Assembly: GCA_013115145.1 (NCBI GenBank)
Contig: JAAPAO010000166.1
Coordinates: 1 to 59,037, forward strand
From: Perkinsus chesapeaki ATCC PRA-425
Lineage: Eukaryota; Protista; Perkinsozoa
DNA length: 59,037 bases
Direction of reading: 5' to 3'
The notes under the pieces were generated by a model. The model had not been told where the DNA came from, ran no database searches, and saw nothing but the letters and a program-made list of their open reading frames with translations. Below are positions 21,581 through 33,164 of the stretch, one piece after another. The translations under genes were made by a program, and so were the position numbers. Positions within the stretch are counted from its first letter, which is position 1; each line of letters starts with the position of its first letter.

Positions 21581-24500
21581 CTACTCGCTCGAAAGGTATC
21601 GACTGTGATCGGGATTCTCAAGGTAGTGTGAGGTAGCTCTGAACTCCTGGATGGAGTCCGCCAGGCTCACGTCCTTCATAGACCTGACCGTGCATTAGTA
21701 ACTTCTACTCTCCATGGAAGCGTAAGATCTTACTGGAATGCATCCTTCTCATCTTCATACGTAAAGTTAGAACCAGAGCCCACCAGTGCTACGCTGAACA
21801 CTCTTCTAACACTCTCACTCGAGAAGAACCTAACCACGCCAGCATCTTTACCGGCTTTTCGTCGGTGAAGTTGTCTGCCTACCTATCGTAGAGGTCCAGC
21901 AGATCCTCCTTTTTAAGTCCGGCGAGCTCCTTCGTTTCTTCAATGCAGCCGTTCCAGTTGAATCTACTCTCTTGCACCTACATATATGAACTCTATGGAC
22001 CTGGCCACCACAAAAGTTCAAATGGAGATTCGCTAATCACAATGGATATACAAGGTGATTCATATAACGACATCAACTTCAAAAGGGCCTATTGGTCTAG
22101 TAGCCAGCAATGTTATGAGAGCGCCTTTCCGCGGGCTCATGGTGAGAATTCGTCCCCGAGAAGCAATATGTGTTCCCAGTAGGCCATACGACGCTGCCAG
22201 GAACGGTAGTGCTTTTATGCACATAGAGAAAAAGCAAGATGCTCGACAGCAGACATGATAGAAGTGAAAGAGGAAATATAAAATGCATAACTGTTGGGCA
22301 GTAATGTACCCCACTGGTGGTAGGAATGATAATCGAAGGCAATGCTGAAGGCAATTCAACACTGAACTTACCTCACACCACATAGTAGTGGTCTCATCCG
22401 TCAAAGTGCGCGGTGGCTCTAGTTTACTGCGAGCCAATGACACTATTTGGGAAGCAAAGGTCTCCTCCGGCATCGGCAACAATACCGATTCCCTGACAAT
22501 CAACAAGGTGACGTAAGGCTGCACAGAAGCTAACTGGAATGCCATCCATGCGGTACCAACCTGAAGTCGTGCAAGAATGCACTAATCCGTTCCCAAAGAG
22601 TTGAAGGCCCGGCGACAGCAGACTGGACGACGACAACATAGCCGAGGACCTGCAAATGCAAGGATTAACTCCATCTTTTCGAAACCGATGACCACATAAA
22701 CTGACCGTATATATTCAAGAAGCAGCTACCTACCCCTCCTGTCAGCCTGACTCCACAGAAGACACTATAGCCAAGCTGCTGCTTAGTTCGTAAAGTGTCG
22801 AAGAGAGGCTCCTCCATAACCGACTCAAGCAGGTCCAACAATACTCTGTCCCGAATGTTATTTGGGGAACATTGGACGTATGCCTCCAACTGAAAAGAAA
22901 AGAACGCCACTTCCACAAGGGGGACCAATTGCTCTTGTTCATAATAACACTTACAACGCTATTTTGTTCAGTGGGATCCTGAGTTTCCTCAAGATAGACT
23001 GTGTGGCCGATGGGGATCTCCAAGCATTGCAAATAAGGGTAATCGGATTCCTAAGGACGTAAAAACGCTCCCCACTGCTGGCGAAAAGGGACCGCCCAGC
23101 TAACCAAAGTCGGGTAAGAGAGCATACCTACCTTCAAGTGTCGCACGGAGTGCTTCTTCATTTCCGACTCGACCATGTTCTCCACCTAGAACGAATGAGT
23201 CTGACGTACATGAACAGGTCACTGTCTCTACTCCATCAACAAAATCACTGTCAATGTTGCCAAGCATCAAACACTGAGTCTTAACACCATTGTGCTTCAC
23301 AGTGTTGTCAAAGTCACCAACAATCTGAAGAGAGTAAGTAGGGCGAAAGGATGACACTGCTCACTTCATTCATATCATCAGCAATCCCTTTATCTTGGAG
23401 CAAGGCTCGCTTTGTCAGTCCACGATGCATGGCGCCCTAAGAGGGATCGTTTTGGGTACACTTAAGGTGTATGTAAACGAAAGATGGTCGAGAAGGCTCA
23501 CCCGTGATAGTAAAGTCATCCGACGGATGCTTGACGCACAAGGAATAGGTCTCATATCCTCATTGAAAAACCTGAATAGAAAAAGGGCTGGGCCGAGAAT
23601 CGAACTCGGGACCTCTCGCACCCAAAGCGAGAATCATACCACTAGACCACACAGCCGCTTAACTCAAAAAACACATTAAATGGGCGGTGACGGAAGACAC
23701 CGCCAGAGGAGACGCCAAAATCATGAACCCACCTGCGCGCTAGGGCTTCCTTTATCGCTTCAAAGCGACCAGCAAGCACCTTTTCAGAACTCTTCAAGTT
23801 GAGAATGACCTCCAGGACCTATCACAAAGCCACTACTATATAAACTGGTAAGCCAGTTCTTACGTTCTTGATGAGCGCCATTAGAGAATCCTTGAACCCG
23901 TAGACGCGCAGTTCAAGGCCTTGGGCGGCAAATGTTAGTTCCGTCGCAAGACCAGCCATCTCTGCCATATAGGTCTCCTCGATAAGAGCTTCCTTGGCCA
24001 ACTCCACCCACAGTCTTTGCTTCACAAACAGAGTTATGTCATTTATGAACAAAGGTGTTGCCAACCGCAACTAAATGAACAAATAAAGGCACACCAATAC
24101 ATGATAAAACGACTTACGCGTATATCGCACCGTGGAGTTGCCGACACCAGTGTGCGCGGTAAGTAAAAGAATTGATCACCCTTTTTCTCCACCAGCTTCG
24201 GAGACTGGCGATCAGTCGGAACAGCAGGGAAGTCAACAAACTCGCTTGACTTAGGCGCACTATCGGCCTCTGAATCAATGAGGACGTCAGATGCACGACC
24301 ACCTGCACCCTCACTCTCTTTCTTCTCTGGGAACGCTTTACCCTCTAGAGTCAAACAGCTTGTCAATGAATCGTAAACGGTGAAGTCTTTCGCAATATAA
24401 CTGAGCAGAGATAATACTCCAGGGCAGACTCGCCCGGAGCACACTAGAAGCGGAGCGGAAGAGCCTACACATTTCTCTTGGGTAGAGCCAGTTTATCATT

Positions 24501-27500
24501 AACCATGGGAGCCGCCAAACGAGCCTTAAAGCCGGCATCCATTTCAGAACGCCAATACTCCACACCGAACCACGGCTCGACCTCAGGAGCTGCATCGGGC
24601 ACCAAACCTAAGAAGCAATTGTTATGGCAGACTGTTTGAACAATACAACTTTTTGAACGATTATGAATCAAAGGCAGCATTGACATTAAAATAACGGCGG
24701 TCATGATGTTCATATGGAGTATTATACAGGTAACCGTGTCATATACATTAGTTATATCATACATAATGTATCTATTATTGCTACTCACTGTACTATATTA
24801 ATAATATTATTATTATCATACAATGATAACATTTCCTTCTACTGTATACCGTAGATGATTGTAATATTGCTAATGATAACAATATACCTATTTACCATAG
24901 TAACATGGATTCACTTACCCTCGACATTAAGTCCCATCTCCTTAGTCATTCTTTCTAATATCTCTTCAGGTGCCTCACCGGCCTCATCCTCCTCTTCTTC
25001 CTCTTCATCATCACTATCTTCCTCTTCCTCATCTTCGTCACCCTCAGCTCCGTCCTCCTCGTTCGCAGTGTCCCCCTCACCAGTACTTCGACCAAATACC
25101 TTAAATGACATACCAGCAACCCAAATAAGCATTGCCTTCCTTACGCTGCTAGTAAGGACGACCAGCATCCTATCAGACGTCATGTACTCGTTCAACAAGT
25201 CACTAACTTCTTTAGCGTTAAATTCTGGCTCCAAGAAGTAGGTGCTGTTCAGAAGGTTCTCAGGCGAGATCTTCGCAGACTAACGAAAATTCACATAATA
25301 GTTACAGCGGAGCGAAGCAGTAAGTCCTACCGGCAACATCGAGCTGGACAGATCATCCGCTGTGGTCGAAGGATCTCTCTCCTCTTGGAATCTGTATTGC
25401 ACGTTGCTGACCTACCAGAACAGATGGGCATTGAGATTAGGCAAAGATACACCGGACAGTTCCAATTACTTGTCTGATCTCATCATACACCCAAGTTGGT
25501 ATCGATCCTAACCTTCTAAGCATGTCAAGATACCTACACATACAGTGAACCGATAAACCATTACTCCGCCTTACTCCATGACATGCACAGCAACATCACG
25601 CCACATGGCCAGGCCTTTGGTTGATAACGTGACACATACGTCAAATACACTGCAAATAGAGTTACTCCCATACCTGAACCCAAACACCAACATCACAATA
25701 ACCGCGATGGATATTCAACTCAGGAAAGGATGCCAGCAGGCCCCATAAACAAAGCGCTTGTTGAGCGAGAAGTTGATCGAGTTTTCTCACTTCACTTTGT
25801 GTAAGTGGTGATCTAATTCATGAAATGCATTAATAGATGAATAGACGTTAACAGCATTCCTCCACGTTAAGACTGGTATCGAGCACTCATCAATAAACGT
25901 CAAAAGTACTCATTCCTTCTCATAACATTTGCTGTCTATCTTCAATCAGTCAGATACTCGACAGTCCCCAACCTACCCCTCCTCAGATACACCCGCTGAC
26001 AAATCAGTGGCCAATCCTTCCGACCTCAGATACGCCAATATCGAGCCCGAACCTGAAGCAGGTCCTCAAACCAACCTGATCGATTGCCCTCAACCTTCAA
26101 TAGTTACCTTCATGGCCTATCAGATGACCTAAAGTATTCGCCGGTTTAGTGCGATACATCCCATTCTGGGGAGGGAGCTGCCATTGTAGTTGAAGCCGGT
26201 GAATATCTTTAATAGGCTAAGCAAGAGCAACATCATACCAAAACAATGTCTAGCTACACGATATCATTATACGGCTATTTGCCATACCAACACAGGAGTC
26301 CTTGCTTTTCCTGGTCGACTTTGCATTTCAAACTGTTAATGGCCCGCACCCTTCCCTTTCTACCAATAGTCCCCCCCCACACTTGTTTTCCCGTTCACCA
26401 AAACTCAGTTGCATGGATTCAACAAATCCTATTAATATTAATATAAAAATATTCCGCTATACAGTTCACAGTGAACTCCACAGTATGAAAACCCTCTCAT
26501 GGGAATTTCGTGGCGCGTGAAAACTCTAAAATGTGTCTCACCTTTGGCACCCAGAAGTGATACGCATGAAGGACACGAAGTTCTTAAACTTATAAACGAG
26601 TTTTTCGTAACAGCGATAACGTTAATAAATCTCCAGCCACACCAGCTGTATCGGGACTCTACCAGCACATGCCTCCCTGACCTACCCTAACCCTTATCAG
26701 ATATGGCATAGCCCCGACGTCCAACGGGAAGCCCTTCTTTTCTAGTGTGATATCTTCAGGCACTTCGACAGCTATGGGGTCTGCCCTCGCCGGAGCAGCT
26801 CGCACATTCGAAAAAGAATCCCGCTGAAAGATGGCCTCAATCCAGGGCGGAGCGAAGCGTGTTTTTTTCTCACTAATTGCTTCTCCATATCGTCCAAAGG
26901 CATACGCGCTACCATGCAGGCTCTCATCCGACCTGCGCCACAATTTAGCTAATTCGCCACTAATTCGGAAACTTACCCGACACATAATAACGATCGTAAA
27001 ACTGCAGTAAAGCCTCTCTTAGTTTGCCGTAGTCATCACCGCCTTGTAGCAAGGACTTCTTATTACCCCATGTAAACTTGCGCCAAATCTGATAGAAAAA
27101 GCGTAAAAACTTGCCCCGGCTAGCACGCCAAGTCTCCACGTTACACAACCCAACCAAAATCTCTCAGGCGTATCTTCGGACGCTATAAAACCGCACTATA
27201 AATGTTTCTAGTGCGCATTTGCCGCCATCCCCACCTTACATGGTCTTCCTTCGCCATACAGCAACCTAACTGCTCCAATCTCGCCGAATCACTGTTAAGC
27301 GTCTGACGGTACCTACCATCCAACGGTCGCAAGTTCGATCCCCACCGAGGGTATTTTTACTCGCTCTCAACCGCCTCCAGCTCTCTCTCGCTGGAATCTG
27401 GATTCATAAGAGGATCAGTGAAGAAGCCAGAGAACATATCGACAGCCTTTTGAAAGCCTGTAACGGTGCACTCGAAGTAATAACAGGTATACCTGATGAG

Positions 27501-29023
27501 TGGATGGCATTAATAGTATTATATCTTATATATAATATCGATTAGTATAACAATATTATCGAATTAGTATTATTGATATTTATAAAAATTGTTATTAACA
27601 ACGGTAAATATTATTGTATCTAATACGGTAAAGAATTCAATTTGAGTGGGGGAACTCAAAGTTCATCACTTCCATCACTTCAAGGTACTATTTATGGTCG
27701 CAAGTGCTGATTTTGGTGAAGTCCCGCGCGACTTGACATGACCGTGGGCAACCCGAAACCGAAAATTCCTCCATCCCCGCGGGATCAAATCACAGCGTTT
27801 GACATGCACCAGCAATCAACAGCCTGCAGCTGAGCTAGGATAGCAGCAGCACTTCACACATTCCCCAAATGCTTCTACACATAAGAATGCTCAATCACTA
27901 TAGCGCCGATGGACTAGGAGTAGTATCCTTCACCCTTCTCCTCCCCCCCCGCCCACTCAAGCTCTGTATAAGCATTGCTATATCCACCATTCTTCGACAG
28001 ATATGTCTCAAACTCGTTCTCCCCAGGATACTTCTCGGAGCCCATAAAGAGCATGTGCTCCAAGTAATGAGCCAGACCTGGATACCTGAAAGATCGGCAC
28101 AGTAAACCTGAAGGGACTCATAGACTAGGAACTTATTTTCTATCGAATTTATCTCTGTCGAGAGCCGATCTCCAACAGCCCACAGCCTATACGAGTCCTA
28201 TTTCGTTACGAGTTAATCTACATGCTATAAAAAATTGGTGCTTGATAGTATATGACAGCCGCCTCCTCGAGTGGGGACTACAGCTCCCCCGCAACATGAC
28301 CCAAATAATGGTTCAACGGGTAAAATGTGAAATTGAGGAAATTTTCCTCTGAATTTCCTGAACGGCATAGGTATAAATACCCCTACTCCTACTGTATAGG
28401 ATCAGTAAAGCTTCCAACACCAACACTAACAGCCATAGCCGCCTTGGTCTTCAATTCATCATTTAATGGTAGTTGCACGAGGACCTGTAAAAACGTATGT
28501 CAATGCGAATTCAACAAAGTGGACAAATGCATAAGATAAAAACTTATTTATTAATTTACAAAAAGATCTGACGTAATATACCAGAGAAGGATTCGATACA
28601 GGAGTACCCAGCTCGAAACTCGCGAAACATACCGATAACCATGCCCGCCCGAACCGCCTCTTTCCACAAGTCGCGCACAGTATCCACTACGATTCACATT
28701 CCCAATGCCCTGATCAATTTGGTGCATTTAGTAACGAGCCATATCTCCCATTAAGGGGTGATAGAACAGCAGATACTCCCAGATGATCCGAGAACAGGGA
28801 TACTAGAAAAGGGGATGCTTTTTCCTCCATAACAAACTCTCTACAAAAATTTAAATTGTATCTCTTCTGTGTTCCCTCTTACCGCTTCAATGCCGTTTTC
28901 CAGCTTAACTATCCTATACTGTCTCTTGTCATTCGGGCTTTTAGTGCTGTTGAGGTCAATTGCCGATATCGCCGACTGATCAACTCGCTGACGCTTTGAC
29001 GGTATTTCCACAGCTGGTGACAT
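21581..29023 (-). CDS. IDE: Insulysin / insulin-degrading enzyme-like metallopeptidase (M16A), many exons
   Basis: KSPNDKRQYRIVKLENG, AAMAVSVGVGSFTDP, GLAHYLEHMLFMGS (intact HxxEH), NAYT, RELEAVESE, KPANTLGHLIGHEG, EPWFGVEY, LALPKRN and FDTLRTKQQLGY. Stop TAG at 21581-21583. Confidence 0.95.
23585..23656 (-). tRNA. trnP-TGG: tRNA-Pro (anticodon TGG), intronic, same strand as host insulysin
   Basis: GGCTGTGTGGTCTAGTGGTATGATTCTCGCTTTGGGTGCGAGAGGTCCCGAGTTCGATTCTCGGCCCAGCCC: 72 nt, anticodon arm CTCGC-TT[TGG]GT-GCGAG, T-loop TTCGATT, followed by a TTTTT terminator. One acceptor-stem mismatch (U6:C67). Confidence 0.93.
27325..27358 (+). pseudogene. tRNA-like 3'-half fragment (B box + T5) filling most of a 48-nt insulysin intron, antisense
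   Basis: GGTCGCAAGTTCGATCCCCACCGAGGGTA-TTTTT has GTTCGATCC and a Pol III-type T run. The T-stem does not pair, and there is no D or anticodon arm. Confidence 0.45.
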
Positions 29024-30361
29024 TTAATACAAATAGACTACACCTGATGATAGGAAAGACTATCTGCTTTTGCACGATATCGGTCATACTAAACTCGGAG
29101 AGGAGTGATGACTTTATGGATCACTCAGTGCCTACTCGTAGCAATGCCGCAGCTACGCTAGGAACATCAACATGGATTGCACCTACAGTACGTGTCATCT
29201 AGAAATGTGCGCCGAAGGCGGGCAAATTTTTCGGCAGCCAGATCGAATTTCGTCGTATTTCCTTTTCTGTCGAATTCTACGACCTCGATTACCCATAAAT
29301 CCCATAAGTCGGGCAGCCGACTTAGGTGCTGAACTATTGTAGTTTTTAGCGGGTAATGTCACACTTAGACGATAATCATTCACCAGAGGGGCAGCAATTG
29401 CGATCCTCATTAGAACCGAACGATTGGGAGTTGAATCGAGTAAGGATTCACTTGTAGGCTATTTCCTCTTCTTCCAGGTTGGTGTCTACATACCGTAATG
29501 ACTATCAATGTGCAACCAAGATTAACTCAATGAAGTGATCATCTTCTTTGTTTCGGACAAGCGCTAATACAGTGGTGATCACCGAAACTTGAACACTTTC
29601 AACACAACATTCACATTAGAACTAACATTATTGTCAAACAGCGTCATTGATAGCAACACTCGTTAACATATATTATGACAAATACTTAATCCCAACCCTC
29701 GCCACCCTATCGAGCTTGGCTTTACTAAGTAGCGTTCGCTGTTGTTGGGCGGCAAGTTGATTAGAATTGAATATTTAACGTTAGAGTAACCGAGACAAAC
29801 TGAAACCTCGAGCGATATATCTGCGAGACAATTTCAGTATTGAGTATTTTATAATTCCGGAATTGGTATAATTATCATGACAAAATTCTCGGCCGTTTCA
29901 TCGTGATGGCGACGCACTGTAGAGAAGGATATGTGTTGTTCATTAGATCCCAATAGGTGCATTGACAGCCTCACAAGAAACAGAGAAATATTTCCGAAGA
30001 AAGAAAGTAATAAGGAGTTTTAATCCCGATAGATTCGATATAATCGTTAGTCTCAACGATTTACAGTTACCGTGTTTACCGAGGAGGAGAGTTACGAAAA
30101 ATTGTTTCGAGAAAAAGCTTCTAGGATGAATTCACAGTCACATATACAGTAATATCAACTCCATTCAGTATCCAATATGGTACTGTGTGGCGGTGGTGGT
30201 GCTATGATGATGATGATTATTATTATTTGCACGTCTTTGGGGATCTTGAGGTTGTCTACTGCAATTTTGAGATATGTCTGGTATAGTCTTTATAACAGGA
30301 ATACCGGAATAATACATTCTGAAGAATCCACAATAATTCCAATAAACGTGATTCTAATAGC

Positions 30362-30556
30362 ACCCTCGACGTCTCCCCGAAAATGAAGTATGCAATTGCA
30401 TGTATTGAGCAAATTCAATTTCCGTTAACCGTCTCCTGTTGATATATCTGTTAACCTCACCCTCCCCCCTCAGTTTGGCTATATACAATATGCGGATAAT
30501 ATCATTCCTAATACTAATAGACACAGCCACTGCTATCACCACACAGAGACAAGTCA
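30362..30556 (+). repeat. Copy 1 of a ~195-bp duplicated upstream + signal-peptide cassette
   Basis: Colinear with 32450-32644 (offset 2088), about 11 substitutions counted by eye (~94% identity). Confidence 0.95.
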
Positions 30557-30744
30557 ACCGTTCGACAGGTCGACAGGACAGTGACCGTCCTACAGGATCA
30601 CGTGAACTCAATGCGCAATTAGAGGTTTTGCAGAGGGAATCTCAGGAGATATTAGAACGAGCGGAAAGAATTCGAAGAGAGTTGAGACTTCGCCAAGAAG
30701 TACTGCAAAGGGGACGGGCCGCCGCCTGGGAACCAGAGGAGTAA
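30490..30744 (+). CDS. Small secreted charged coiled-coil peptide (84 aa), or first exon of a longer gene
   Basis: Signal-like MRIISFLILIDTATA followed by RELNAQLEVLQRESQEILERAERIRRELRLRQEVLQRG, ending EPEE*. CCCTCAG acceptor 16 nt before the ATG. Confidence 0.6.
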   Translation: MRIISFLILIDTATAITTQRQVNRSTGRQDSDRPTGSRELNAQLEVLQRESQEILERAERIRRELRLRQEVLQRGRAAAWEPEE

Positions 30745-31674
30745 TGGTGATGTGATGGTGAAGGTGCCACCGCCAGGTGAGCTGAATTGAATGCAGAATC
30801 TACAATCGAGGGATATCGGTAACAGAATATTGCTCATAGTTGTTATTAAGGATAATCATATTGCGTTGGTGACACTTAGAAGGGGTGGGGCTGGAATGTT
30901 TGCCCTTAATGAACAACGCTGGCGAAAAAGCCCTAGGCGCCTTGATCGCACAACTAACGGCAAAAAATGAACATTGATACCTGAGAAGGGTTGTGCATGC
31001 GTGCAACTCACTTAACCTTCTATGAACTAAGGCTGCCATTGCCGGAGGGAAGACGGAACCTCTGGAGGATTATCAGACCGATCGACCTTCGAAAAGCTCT
31101 AGGATGGTATTCGAACTTCGAGCTCTAATTCTTACTATTGACTTACTATCCACCCCTTAATAGGATGGTCTTGCAACATATTTCATACCCTAGGGAATGC
31201 CTACGGCTAGTCGTAGAGATAAACGATATCCCTGAAATGAGTTCGGGAGGTAGTCTCCATCTCTGGAGAGTATCGCAAAAGCCTGTGATTCCCTTTGTGT
31301 TGCAACAACTGAGTAACCCAATTGCTTTAGAGTATTCGAATATACACACCTCCAGTAGTGTTCTACATATGCTCTTAAGAAATGTGGATTTAGCCCTAGT
31401 CCGGTAAAACTATCGCTGGTTTTGGCATCAGCACTGAAGAGTGCCCTTCTACGGGTTTCACCAGCCAGAGTGTCACCTAGCCCCCTAGATACATATATGT
31501 TCCATGGGGAGCAAAGCAGTGTTGCTGCTGCTGCTGCTGCGATACACTGGGAATCTTGCTAGAAAATAATCCTGGGCCAGAAAGGAATGTCAAATGCGTT
31601 TCTTTTGGGAACTTCCTAAATTACTCTACGACTCGAACCTCGAACCAGGACAGGTGAGAAATATTGAAGAATAA

Positions 31675-32016
31675 TCTGAACCTACTAAACCACATGTCGA
31701 TCGTATATCACTTCCTTATAGTTCTGAACCTACTAAACCACATGTCGATCGTATATCACTTCCTTATAGTTCTGAACCTACTAAACCACATGTCGATCGT
31801 NNNNNNNNNNNNNNNNNNNNNNNNNNNNNNNNNNNNNNNNNNNNNNNNNNNNNNNNNNNNNNNNNNNNNNNNNNNNNNNNNNNNNNNNNNNNNATATCGT
31901 ATATCACTTCCTTATAGTTCCAAGCCTACTAAACCACATGTCGATCGTATATCACTTCCTTATAGTTCCAAGCCTACTAAACCACATGTCGATCGTATAT
32001 CACTTCCTTATAGTTC
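31675..32016. repeat. 48-bp tandem repeat (minisatellite) spanning a 93-N assembly gap
   Basis: Unit TCTGAACCTACTAAACCACATGTCGATCGTATATCACTTCCTTATAGT left of the gap; the variant TCCAAG... appears right of it. Ns at 31801-31893. True copy number unknown. Confidence 0.95.
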
Positions 32017-32449
32017 TTAGTCGTAGTAATCGGAGAAGTGTCAAAGAGTTAGTTGGGTTAGAAAATACCGGATACGTTGACTCGAGTGACCGGATGAACG
32101 CTGCTTCAATGAGAGAATGCTTCGGGTGGTAGAAATCTTCATCATCCTGTTATAAATTATCATTCGACGCCGATGAAAAATACACAGTGCGATATATTTT
32201 GGTTCAAAAATAATACCATTGAATACTAGCCCATCAACGACGCTTCGCGGGGATGTCCGGATGATTTAGGCGTCAATGCCTCACAGTATTATTATTGAAC
32301 TTTGTATTAAACCGACTACCGCCCCCCCGTGTTTAGACAAGATAAGTCGCACACTCCTCTTGAAGTGATTCACTCATCAAAAAGTAGCTTCCGACAATAC
32401 GCCGCGACTTCTGAAACGAGCGCCATTTCGTCACGTTTTCGATCTAGAT

Positions 32450-32644
32450 ACCCTCGACGTCTCCCCGAAAATAAAGTATGCAACTGCATGTATTGAGCAA
32501 ACCTAATTTCCGTTAACCGTCTCCTGTTAATATATCTGTTAACCTCACCCTCCCCTCTCAGTTTTGTTATATACAATATGCGGATAATATCATTCCTAAT
32601 ACTAATAGGCACAGCCACTGCTATCACCACACAGACACAAGTCA
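32450..32644 (+). repeat. Copy 2 of the ~195-bp duplicated upstream + signal-peptide cassette
   Basis: Matches 30362-30556. Homology stops abruptly after CAAGTCA. Confidence 0.95.
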
Positions 32645-32796
32645 GCATGGAGGGCGAGCGGGAACGAGTCTTGGCGGAAAGAGCACGAGAAAGACGAGAA
32701 GAAAGACGGCGGAGAAGGGTTGCAAGGAGGAGACGAGGAATAGATGAGGGGGCAGAGACGATGGAGGAAATCCAAGCTAAGCAACCTGAAGAGTAA
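32578..32796 (+). CDS. Small secreted Arg/Glu-rich peptide (72 aa), or first exon of a longer gene
   Basis: MRIISFLILIGTATA followed by ERERVLAERARERREERRRRRVARRRRGIDE, ending QPEE*. Confidence 0.6.
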   Translation: MRIISFLILIGTATAITTQTQVSMEGERERVLAERARERREERRRRRVARRRRGIDEGAETMEEIQAKQPEE

Positions 32797-33164
32797 CCTT
32801 GGAACATCTTGCTGCTCAAGTCCTGTATACTATATCTGCCGACTTCAAACCAAAACCAACAAGGAGAATCGTCCTTCCGCGATCGCTGTTATTCTGCAAG
32901 TGTTGCGTTTGAAGGTAAATGATATATTCATACAAACGATGAGGGACCGAAAGATCGAGAGGAACAACCTATCTTGTTAACAGAGGGTAAGCCGCAGCTC
33001 ACTATGACATACTTCAATCATGGCGTGATTCGGGAACGTTAGAACTCCAACGTCAGGTGATAGGCAATGTAAAAGCTCTACACCCTTCAACACTGCTCGG
33101 CATTGCTTGATTCATCGAATCTACACAGTGCGTAAGATATCTTCGAGGCAGACGATCGCTGCTA

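Noticed and set aside
26160-26175. Apparent frameshift in insulysin at PQNG/MYRTKP
   Set aside because: Recounting the bases gives CCC CAG AAT GGG ATG TAT, which is in frame.
29080-29700. Exon-like minus-strand fragments upstream of insulysin (VDTNLEEEEIAYK, GAIHVDVPSVAAALLRVGTE)
   Set aside because: Could be a small gene, but no start or coherent splice path could be established.
32805-32820. SL-like CATCTTG-CT-GCTCAAG
   Set aside because: Requires a 2-nt insertion, and the downstream region appears to contain introns, so a retrocopy is not supported.
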